Virus record (IMG/VR): IMGVR_UViG_3300036713_000599
Reading direction: 5' to 3' (one strand)
Length of the DNA stretch: 64,000 bases
Origin: a virus
Lineage: Duplodnaviria; Caudoviricetes
Notes under the pieces: model-generated
The model's input: the letters and a program-made list of their open reading frames with translations, nothing else
The model's database searches: none
What the model was told of the DNA's origin: nothing
Program-made: the position numbers and the translations under genes
Part shown: piece by piece, positions 45,136 through 53,409 of the stretch
Layout of the letters: the number at the start of each line of letters is the position of its first letter
How positions within the stretch are numbered: the stretch's first letter is position 1

Positions 45136-48100
45136 ATGGATGCAATGCAAGAACTCCTAAAGGTTGTTGAGGATTTCAAGCGGCACATTGGCGGTGCGGC
45201 GGAGGACGGTAAGGCTGAGCCTCTGGAAGCCTACCTGGCGTCGGAGTATCTGATCTTCGTCCAAGCCTTCGATGTGTACTCACGGCACCTAGAGGACACC
45301 ATTCGGTTCAAGATCGAGACGTTGGTAGCTCGTCGGGAGGCTTTGACCGATCCTGCTGTGATTGCGGACATTGACAGGCAACTCACCCAGCTTGAGGCCC
45401 ACCAGGAGAATCCTGTGGATAAGGTTGTCCAGGCGGGTGTTCGGCTAATGAAGCGTCTTGACTCAGAGATGGCTGAATTTACCAATTTCATGCGTGAGAA
45501 TTTACCTGAGCAATTCCATAATAAGTTGGATCGGACGATGCGTAAGCCGGCCCGTGACCCACAGGGCGTGGCCTTGCGTGCACGTGGCCTTCGCGGTGTA
45601 GTGATGCGTGGCGGGCCTAAGACTCTCAAGGGCCTTTTTGGCAGTAAGATCAAGCTTCGTAACCAGAACCAGGAAGCTCTTGCCGCTGTCCAGATGGATG
45701 ATGGTGATGAAGCTCTCAAGAAACTCGCCGCTATCCCTGTGAAACACGCCCTCATTCGCAAGTGGATCAGTTGGGCGGATGAGACAGCAAAGCCTTTAAA
45801 AGCAGAAGAGTTTTTTCCTGAATTTGTGTCACCTACGGAGATAGGTGCATCTGAGGTGTCGGATAGGGCTACGACTCTCGTGTCCCAACAGTCGAGACAG
45901 CTTGGTGCTACGGATCCGGAGGAGGTCCAAGAAGCCAAGGTGGCTAGGGATGAGACGATCGTGGCGGTGGAGCAAGAGGCCACTGCTAAGGCTCAGGAGG
46001 CCCTGGAAAAGGCTGGAGAGCCAGACGAACCCCCTAAGAAGTCCGAGGTGGTTGGAATCGCGACAGCGGCAGCCCTCACGGCCATAACGGATCTGTCCAA
46101 CCCACAGAACGTTCCCAATACTCTCAAGGGACTCGACGACGAGCAAAGGGCGGCAGCCCTCACGGACGGTAAGGTGCTCGTCGCTGCGGCAGCCGGTTCT
46201 GGTAAGACTCGGACGGCTGTTGCACGTATTTCTCATCTTGTGTTGGATAGAGGTGTTCCACCTACAAAAATTCTGGCCGCCACTTTCAACAAGAAGGCGG
46301 GGAAGGAACTTTCTCAGCGTCTTGTTCCTACATTGGGTCAAGATGTCGTCAAACAGATGGAGGCGGCGGGTAAGTTAGGCACACTTCATTCCACCTTCCG
46401 TCGAGTTATCAAAGAGCACGGTAACTTTGACGAGCAGATGGCTATCTCGAAGGCAGCCTTTCAGGGAGGCGGAGACAAGATTGGTCGGTGGGTCAACAAG
46501 GTGTGGGGAGCGTGCTACGGTCCTGAAAATATCCCTAAGCTTTCGGACATGATGCGATACAAGACTCAGTGGGCGGGCAACGATATCTCCCCTGAACAAG
46601 CTTTGGCCGAGGCTGAGAACAAGGAAGAGTCTCAGGCTGCTCTATGGTACGGATGGTACGAGAACTTCAAAAAGGCCAACCCTGGTGAGTGGGCCCCTCC
46701 TTGTGAGGGGAAACAACAGGAAGCCAATCAGCAGGAGGCTCGTGAGAGACGCCAAAGGCGTCGTCGTCCTACCCAATGGGAGACATTCCTTAACAACGTC
46801 CGGACCGTGCAATACAAGGGTCGGCCTAAGACAGTTCGTGTTGGGGACTTTGACGACATGCTTTCGATGGCTCGGGACATCCTTCGTCGGAACCCCGAAG
46901 CGAGAAAGCAGATTCAATCGGGGCTTGACCATGTAATTGTTGATGAGGGCCAAGACCAAAATACTGTTCAGCACGAAGTCATTGGTTACATGACGGAGCA
47001 TGTGGCTAGTGATGGTAGCGACGGTCGGTCCTTGTGGGTTGTAGGCGATGAATCGCAGTCGATTTATTCGTTCCGAGGGGCACGTCCTGACCAATTTGTA
47101 GGGCTTCACGAGAACGAAGAATTCACAACTCGGGCGATCAAAACCAACTACCGATGTGAGCCTGAAATCGTTGGGGCTGCGAACAAACTCATCGAGAACA
47201 ATGAGGACCGGCTCCCGATAGCTGCGAACGCTAACCCTGCGAGGCAGGCGGGCAACGCATCCATTAAGGTTTCGACTCCGGAGGACGAAGCGTCCGCCGC
47301 CATCTCCGTGATTGACAGGGTCAAGTCCCTCGTGGATCGTCCTGATGGTGATGAGTTCAACGACCACGCGGTTTTGACCCGCACCAATGCTGAGCTGAAT
47401 GCCTATGAAACGGCCTGTATTATAGGCAATGTGCCTTACCAGCGGAAGGGCGGGGGAGGATTCTTAGAATCCCCTGAGACGAAGGCTGTTTTAGGTTACG
47501 TCGATTTGGTCATGGGCAGTGATCATGAGAAGATGCAGGAGTCCTTCGCTAGCGTCATTGATCGACCCCAGAGGTTCTTTAGGGGTACCGACGGCCCTGA
47601 ACTGGTCAAGGGTGTGTTCCGTGAGTACGCTCGCCGTATTGGCGAGGATGTAGGTTCGATTAGCCCAATGGTGGCGTTGAACGATTCGACGTTCGTTCGT
47701 ATGTTGTCGGAAGCTCTCTCTAAGAGTTCAAGGGCAGTCGGGCACGGTATCAGTAAGATTGAGGACCTTCGCGACTCTCTCATGGATATGCAGGCACATG
47801 CGGATGAGGGAGGTAGCGTCGAAGATCTCTTCGACGATATCCTTGACCTCAAGGGTCGCGTTCCTGTCGTTGACGAGAAGACGGGACGCTCTCAGTTCAA
47901 AGAGGTGTCTCTTCGGGAAAGCATTCAAGGGTTTACTCGGGACAACACTTCTGAGGATGATGAGGGTGGCGAAGGTGATGCGGACGATAGCATGGTGGGG
48001 CTTGGAAATGTTTCGTTCCTCTTCTTGTTGACTGAGCCTGACCCAACAGATCCGGCTGATATTGCACAGAGCCCTAAAACACCTGCTGGGTTCAAGGCTA

Positions 48101-48645
48101 AGATGGCTCGATACGAGGAGCGTGCGAAGAGTCTTCGTGTGCCTACAGAGGAGGAGCGTGCTGCTGCTCTCAAGCAAGGCAAGGTTCTTCCTGAGGCACC
48201 TACCAATTTCATGTCCCTGAATACGGTACACGCCACGAAGGGGTTGGAATGGAAGAACGTATATGTTTCGATGCCGGGCTCTAAGTTTCCCATGCCTCTT
48301 TTTACGAAGGAAAATGAGCCTCCTCCCCCTGTTGAGAAGGAGCAGAAGCAACTTGAGTCCGAGAGGCGTCTTGGTTATGTAGCCATCACGAGGGCTGAGA
48401 AGAATCTTACCATCTTGTGCCCTAAGGTGGTAGGTGGTAGGCCTTCCGGTGTTAGTCGGTTTGTGGAGGAGGCAGGGTTGGAGGTAGGAGAGAACGTCAA
48501 CCCACCTGGTGAGGCAGGCGACGCTGCAGCTGAGGTGGAGAAGTCGACTACTCGAACAGCTTCCGTTGAGTGGTATGATGAGGAAACTGAAGACGACATT
48601 GTGATGACGGCTTCTGAGTGGAGTAAGGACGTGTGCAATGGCTAG
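45136..48645 (+). CDS. UvrD/PcrA/Rep-family SF1 DNA helicase with ~330-aa N-terminal extension
   Basis: All canonical motifs present: AAAGSGKT, TFNKKA, TLHS, DFDDML, VIVDEGQD, VGDESQSIYSFRGA, NYRC, VLTRTN, TVHATKGLEW, ERRLGYVAITRA. Confidence 0.92.
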   Translation: MDAMQELLKVVEDFKRHIGGAAEDGKAEPLEAYLASEYLIFVQAFDVYSRHLEDTIRFKIETLVARREALTDPAVIADIDRQLTQLEAHQENPVDKVVQAGVRLMKRLDSEMAEFTNFMRENLPEQFHNKLDRTMRKPARDPQGVALRARGLRGVVMRGGPKTLKGLFGSKIKLRNQNQEALAAVQMDDGDEALKKLAAIPVKHALIRKWISWADETAKPLKAEEFFPEFVSPTEIGASEVSDRATTLVSQQSRQLGATDPEEVQEAKVARDETIVAVEQEATAKAQEALEKAGEPDEPPKKSEVVGIATAAALTAITDLSNPQNVPNTLKGLDDEQRAAALTDGKVLVAAAAGSGKTRTAVARISHLVLDRGVPPTKILAATFNKKAGKELSQRLVPTLGQDVVKQMEAAGKLGTLHSTFRRVIKEHGNFDEQMAISKAAFQGGGDKIGRWVNKVWGACYGPENIPKLSDMMRYKTQWAGNDISPEQALAEAENKEESQAALWYGWYENFKKANPGEWAPPCEGKQQEANQQEARERRQRRRRPTQWETFLNNVRTVQYKGRPKTVRVGDFDDMLSMARDILRRNPEARKQIQSGLDHVIVDEGQDQNTVQHEVIGYMTEHVASDGSDGRSLWVVGDESQSIYSFRGARPDQFVGLHENEEFTTRAIKTNYRCEPEIVGAANKLIENNEDRLPIAANANPARQAGNASIKVSTPEDEASAAISVIDRVKSLVDRPDGDEFNDHAVLTRTNAELNAYETACIIGNVPYQRKGGGGFLESPETKAVLGYVDLVMGSDHEKMQESFASVIDRPQRFFRGTDGPELVKGVFREYARRIGEDVGSISPMVALNDSTFVRMLSEALSKSSRAVGHGISKIEDLRDSLMDMQAHADEGGSVEDLFDDILDLKGRVPVVDEKTGRSQFKEVSLRESIQGFTRDNTSEDDEGGEGDADDSMVGLGNVSFLFLLTEPDPTDPADIAQSPKTPAGFKAKMARYEERAKSLRVPTEEERAAALKQGKVLPEAPTNFMSLNTVHATKGLEWKNVYVSMPGSKFPMPLFTKENEPPPPVEKEQKQLESERRLGYVAITRAEKNLTILCPKVVGGRPSGVSRFVEEAGLEVGENVNPPGEAGDAAAEVEKSTTRTASVEWYDEETEDDIVMTASEWSKDVCNG

Positions 48646-49600
48646 TCGGTACGTTGAGATCTCCAAGGCGGAGATGGAGAAGTTCATCAAGAACTCTTAT
48701 CGACCTTACCGTCCAAAGCCTGGCAGGGTCGGGGACATGCTGACGTACACACTTCAGCTCAGTCCCAACGTAGGCATTCGTATTCACACCTCCCTATCCG
48801 TTGGAAGGACTGAGGTTCGCGGTGTAGGGGACGACGCCATAGAGGTGTTCCTTGTGAGTTTGAAGCTCAAGGGTAGACAGGAATACCTCATGACAAGGTC
48901 CACGCAAAAGAAGCACGGGGTTGTGCTTGTGATGCGGACCAAGAACTGGCGATCGGCCCTCGATGATCGAGTGGACAAGCTAATTGACATTTATGAGGAC
49001 AACGAGGAGTATTGGGACAAGCGAGCCCAGGGAACCTCGGAGCAGGCGATCGGCCCCTCTCCGAAGCAGCTTGACTACATGAAGAAGCTTGTGGGCCTCG
49101 TTTTCCAGAGGGACTTGCAGGATAAGGTTCGTTGGTCAGAGTTTGGGCTTGACGGTAAAGTAGAGTCGATGGACTTCTCGAAGCTCGAACCTGGCAGGGG
49201 AGGATCGGCTTCGCGGTTTATTGATCATGTTCGATCTGTATTGGACACAGAAGAGGCTGAGGCCGAAAAGGATCGGGCTCAGAATGACCAGAAGTCTGAG
49301 GAGGAGTCTAGCGGGGGACCAACGGATGCCCAAGTCCAGAGACTTGGCTATCACCTTCGCGGCAAGGAGTGGCTTTGGCGTAAACATAACCTCGATCGGT
49401 TTGGCCCTGTTCCTAGGGGGCCTGAAGACTTCCGCCAGAGGTTCACGCGAGAGCAGGCGGCAGATATTATCAAGATCCTAGACGATTCTCTTAGTGCATG
49501 GCAGCGGAGTAGGCAGCGTTCTGCTTCTGAGGAGCTTGTTGGGTGGGGTAACATCACAGAGGATGAAGCGGAAACTCTCTACGGCCCTGTCGCTGGATAA
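48638..49600 (+). CDS. Hypothetical protein with two short helical repeats
   Basis: Repeats GPSPKQLDYMKKL...ASRFID and GPTDAQVQRLGYHL...AADII; overlaps the helicase stop. Confidence 0.6.
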   Translation: MASRYVEISKAEMEKFIKNSYRPYRPKPGRVGDMLTYTLQLSPNVGIRIHTSLSVGRTEVRGVGDDAIEVFLVSLKLKGRQEYLMTRSTQKKHGVVLVMRTKNWRSALDDRVDKLIDIYEDNEEYWDKRAQGTSEQAIGPSPKQLDYMKKLVGLVFQRDLQDKVRWSEFGLDGKVESMDFSKLEPGRGGSASRFIDHVRSVLDTEEAEAEKDRAQNDQKSEEESSGGPTDAQVQRLGYHLRGKEWLWRKHNLDRFGPVPRGPEDFRQRFTREQAADIIKILDDSLSAWQRSRQRSASEELVGWGNITEDEAETLYGPVAG

Positions 49601-49617
49601 CCGGTGTATTCTCCCAC

Positions 49618-50424
49618 ATGGAGGAACTTCAATTTCAGGTTCTCGTTGACCCGAAGCACGGCTCCAATGTAGGCGAAGATGTTGTAGCCTTCGGTGATTT
49701 CGACAAGGGACCTTATGTATACGGTGGTCCTGGGGCTCTTGCGTCTTTCTACTCAGAACTGATTTTAGGTCGTCCGTTTCCTCTGAAGTTTTTAGTGCGA
49801 GAAGTATCGGTGAGCACGATCTTTGCTATCGCCCTTTTTCTCCGACGGGATCTTGCCATACACCCCAGAACACCAAGTTTGATTACATCTGCTACTCTAG
49901 TAGATCAGTATAGAGAGGCAGGGTACGCTCATGTAGCATCAGACATTGGGCAATTTTTTAGTATGTTGGAGAATTATTTACCCCCTGGTACATCAAAAAG
50001 CGAACTTCAGAAGAAATTACCTACTGCACTTGAGTGGGTGAGTCTTTTGGTTACTGAGGAAGCTCTCCCGGCCTTACCTCCGAGGGTACCTGTTCCCAGC
50101 CTGTTGGATGTGGGTACTACGGGTTTTGTCTTAGCTGAGACACCACACAAGGATCTAGGGCGGGGTTGGATCGAGTTATTCCGACAAGGTTTTCTCAGGG
50201 GAGCTTTATTTCACCAAGGAAAGGGAAGGCTGTTTGTGCTCGCGGCCAGGAAAAGTCCTTTTTTGTCCTTTGACCTCCGAAAAGGGGCTAACATCCTGAA
50301 TGAGGCCGAAAGTGCTATGGGTGAACCTTCTGGTTGGCAGGGTGAGGATTTGTGGTTGCACGGCCCTAAGAAGGGAACATTCTTACCTATGGCTTCGATT
50401 ATTGAGGTTTTGGTTCGATTGTAG
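49618..50424 (+). CDS. Hypothetical protein, possibly a degenerate DHH/DHHA-type fold
   Basis: 268-aa ORF. The C-terminal FDL....LNEAE......W.G....GP..GT resembles the tail of some DHH-family proteins, but no DHH triad is visible. Confidence 0.45.
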   Translation: MEELQFQVLVDPKHGSNVGEDVVAFGDFDKGPYVYGGPGALASFYSELILGRPFPLKFLVREVSVSTIFAIALFLRRDLAIHPRTPSLITSATLVDQYREAGYAHVASDIGQFFSMLENYLPPGTSKSELQKKLPTALEWVSLLVTEEALPALPPRVPVPSLLDVGTTGFVLAETPHKDLGRGWIELFRQGFLRGALFHQGKGRLFVLAARKSPFLSFDLRKGANILNEAESAMGEPSGWQGEDLWLHGPKKGTFLPMASIIEVLVRL

Positions 50425-50467
50425 AGATTCAATTTTCAATATAGTTTTCGTTGTCGCCCCAAGATGA

Positions 50468-51316
50468 ATGGGCGTATATTTGCTTGTCACAGTCGGCTCA
50501 GACGGAGCCACTAACTGGGTTCGAACTCCAGACGGTCGGAAATTTAACCTCGGCCCTGTCTCTGTTCTGAACTTTGTCACCAAGCTATGCCTGGGAGGCC
50601 AGCGGGAATCTCGTAGGATTCTTGATAAGTTCCTTTCGGGCGAAGAAGTCATGCTTCGTGTAGACGAGGGTCGTATGTGGAATCTGATGACGCCCCGTCG
50701 TCGTAGATGGGCCATGGCGCATCCTTTTATCCCCGTGGATCAGCAGACAAGCCAAGGAAAGAACATGGATACGATCGGTATCGACCTCGACGGTCTTCTT
50801 GAGCACATTAATGTAATGAAGCGGGTGGCAGGCAAGGTTTCTGCTGAGAAGATGGCTGAAGGTACAGACATTCTGAAAAAGTTTGTTGCCAAGATCATCG
50901 ACCAAAGCAGCAATTCCGCGTATTACGGGCTCGGTGTCAACGTTTTCGAGGCCAGCGAGGACTCTGGAGTGGTTGACTCTGAGGACGCTGGTGCTGCGAA
51001 AGTAGCCTCTGGGCCGAATACGGGTGAGATGGTTGTTGGCGGTATTCTTATGAAGATGGCGGAGATTGATGAGAAGATCGGGCAGCTTGAGAAGGCTGGT
51101 AAAAAGTTTGACTCAGTTGAGGCTCGTCTCGATATCCATGACCTTTGTCAGAAAGTAGCAAGCCTCACGGCTTCTACGGAACTTATGGAATCTTGGGCCT
51201 TAGAAGACCTTGTAGAATACCAAAAACAAGCTGACCAACTCCATGGACTGTTTTTCCCGAAGATAAAAAACGTAAGTGAGCATAAAGCCTCTAACGAGGA
51301 CTCTTATTACTACTGA
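50468..51316 (+). CDS. Hypothetical two-part protein; internal in-frame start at 50765
   Basis: AAGGA RBS before ATG 50765 (codon 100); helical acidic C-part with KVAS motifs. Confidence 0.6.
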   Translation: MGVYLLVTVGSDGATNWVRTPDGRKFNLGPVSVLNFVTKLCLGGQRESRRILDKFLSGEEVMLRVDEGRMWNLMTPRRRRWAMAHPFIPVDQQTSQGKNMDTIGIDLDGLLEHINVMKRVAGKVSAEKMAEGTDILKKFVAKIIDQSSNSAYYGLGVNVFEASEDSGVVDSEDAGAAKVASGPNTGEMVVGGILMKMAEIDEKIGQLEKAGKKFDSVEARLDIHDLCQKVASLTASTELMESWALEDLVEYQKQADQLHGLFFPKIKNVSEHKASNEDSYYY

Positions 51317-51360
51317 TGGTGCAACACCGGACAGAGCCAGACCCACAGGAGACTAGATAA

Positions 51361-52092
51361 ATGGCACAGCCAAGTTCAACTGCGAACTATATTTACCGGA
51401 TGGGCACGGCCCCTAATACCCGTGCTGCCGTTTCACAGAAAAACAAGGTTTACGGCTACATGTATGGCGTAGGCCAATTTCAGCAGATTGGTGTAGTGAG
51501 TGAGTTTGGAACGGATGAGTCGCGATCTGTGGAGGCTATCAGGGGTGTGGGTTATGGTGACCAAATCGCCGAGCTTGTTCCCGGTGTGACTGAACCAATG
51601 ACCTTGACGCTGAATAAGACGTTGCTTTACGCTGTGAACTTGTTCCAGGTGGTTGGGTACAAAGGCGGTGTTGAAGGTCTGGTTCGGAGCCTCAAACACC
51701 ACCGGTGGCCGTTCGACATCAAGCAAGAATTGGTGTTTTCGGAGATCGTGTCAGGTACCAGTGAGAGCGGTGGAACAGGGGACCTCTTAAGTGCTGAGGG
51801 GCCAAAAGCCGCTACTGTGCAGACTAGTGTAGACGAGTCTGCCACAGGTACCGGTGCGCGAGCTTTATTCACTTTCTTCGAGGGGTGTTGGCTGAACAGT
51901 TACAGCGCGTCTTTCGCGGCTGACTCTGCTATTGTGGCCGAGAACGGTTCTGTTACGGTGACTGACATCATTGATGGTTACAGCCAGTACGGCGAATGGA
52001 TGGACACAGGACTGTCTCCGTCCAAAGGTGCTCCTGGTAAGGGCCATTCTCTTCGGTTCTCTGGGAATGGTGCGGGAACTCCGACTATCTAG
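51361..52092 (+). CDS. Tail tube protein
   Basis: CAGGAG RBS; IGVVSEFG..ESRSVE.IRGVG....ELVPG..., PFDIKQE, FFEGCWLNSYSASF..DSAIVAENGSV fits the T4 gp19-like tube fold. Confidence 0.85.
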   Translation: MAQPSSTANYIYRMGTAPNTRAAVSQKNKVYGYMYGVGQFQQIGVVSEFGTDESRSVEAIRGVGYGDQIAELVPGVTEPMTLTLNKTLLYAVNLFQVVGYKGGVEGLVRSLKHHRWPFDIKQELVFSEIVSGTSESGGTGDLLSAEGPKAATVQTSVDESATGTGARALFTFFEGCWLNSYSASFAADSAIVAENGSVTVTDIIDGYSQYGEWMDTGLSPSKGAPGKGHSLRFSGNGAGTPTI

Positions 52093-52229
52093 TAGTCGGT
52101 AGCAACCCATAGACGACGATGAAGATAAAGATGAGAATGGACCCCTTCTGTGGCAACCAGTGCCTCCTGACCCAGGTCTGACCCTGTCTTCGTCGCCGTC
52201 TTCTTAGGTAAGATGAAAAGGAGATGGGG

Positions 52230-53408
52230 ATGGCAACGTTGCAAGCCTCGAAAGTTCTAGAAGCATTAGCACGAGCGAAACAAGTAGGTCGCGTCGAGAC
52301 GTCCGTTACGATCGATGGTTGCCCGCTTGTTCTTCAGAACCTCACTACCAGTGACTACAACAATATACATGCGGAGACAGAGGGTCTTGATGAAGTAGCT
52401 TATCTTCATGGTTTTCAGGAGGGGCATATTTGTCGTTCCATTGTAGAGATAGGCGACCAGGATCTTCGGGATGTTCAGTTTATTGAGGAGGAGGTTCCCA
52501 GTGGTGCCTATGTTGTCGAGGTACAATTGCCCAACAAGTCTTCTGCCGAAGCTCTTGCGACAGAGGCCCGGAAGAAGGGCGGCAAGGCGAGTGTGATCCC
52601 TCCTAGCGGGGATATTCGAACTATCCGGCTTGAGAGGCATGCTTGGATTAAAGATCATTTCATGCCAGAATGGGGTCGTGAGGCCGTTATTGTAGCATGG
52701 CAAAAATTCTCGGAAGTTTTAGATGAGGCTGAGAATAAGGCGAGGGAAGGTATCACCTTCAAGGTTCCGGATGAAACGTCGGAGGAAAAGCTTCGACGGC
52801 TATTTTCGGAATTGAAAGAGGTGGAAGAAGAACTGCCTCCGGAGATAGCCGAGGCAGTCTACAATGAAATGGGGCTGTTCAAGGCGTCTTCTAAGCAGGA
52901 GATGGATAGGGTTAACACTAAGCTCCGCGACCTTAAACCGGCTCCAGAAGTCTCTTCGGCCACCCCCAAAGCTCTTGAGCCCGCACCTGCCCCTCAAGTT
53001 CCTGAGCAGGCTCCTGAACCTCTACAAAGGACTCCGTCTTCGGAGCCTACGCCTGAAGAGCTAATGCAGACTCGGATGCCACTCAATCGGCGACCGGTTG
53101 CTAATCCTCGACCCCCTTCTCAAGAAACTACGACTTCGGCGGCTAAAAGGGTCCTGGTTCCGGAGCAGATTCAGAAAGCCGCTGTCGCAAACACTGCGAG
53201 TATGCGAGGTCGTTCTGCTCAGATAGCAAGCCTTGAGGCCCAAGTGACTCCTGATGTTTTGGAGCACGGAACTTACGACCCGCACGGGGGAGAGATAGCG
53301 GAACTGTCTGCCCCGTTAAGAGGGATAGATGGTGCGGAAGCTCGGACAATTATCAATACGCCACCTAAGGTAGGCATCAACACTCGGTTCAAGCCACCTC
53401 AAAGGTGA
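52230..53408 (+). CDS. Putative tail assembly chaperone
   Basis: Directly downstream of the tube; N-terminal chaperone-like domain and P-rich disordered C-half. AGGAG spacing favours ATG 52230. Confidence 0.55.
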   Translation: MATLQASKVLEALARAKQVGRVETSVTIDGCPLVLQNLTTSDYNNIHAETEGLDEVAYLHGFQEGHICRSIVEIGDQDLRDVQFIEEEVPSGAYVVEVQLPNKSSAEALATEARKKGGKASVIPPSGDIRTIRLERHAWIKDHFMPEWGREAVIVAWQKFSEVLDEAENKAREGITFKVPDETSEEKLRRLFSELKEVEEELPPEIAEAVYNEMGLFKASSKQEMDRVNTKLRDLKPAPEVSSATPKALEPAPAPQVPEQAPEPLQRTPSSEPTPEELMQTRMPLNRRPVANPRPPSQETTTSAAKRVLVPEQIQKAAVANTASMRGRSAQIASLEAQVTPDVLEHGTYDPHGGEIAELSAPLRGIDGAEARTIINTPPKVGINTRFKPPQR

Positions 53409-53409
53409 T

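Noticed and set aside
45136-48645. Intein or intron as the cause of the helicase's large size
   Set aside because: Helicase motifs are colinear with normal order; the extra length is N-terminal, and I saw no C/S...HN splice junctions or LAGLIDADG motifs.
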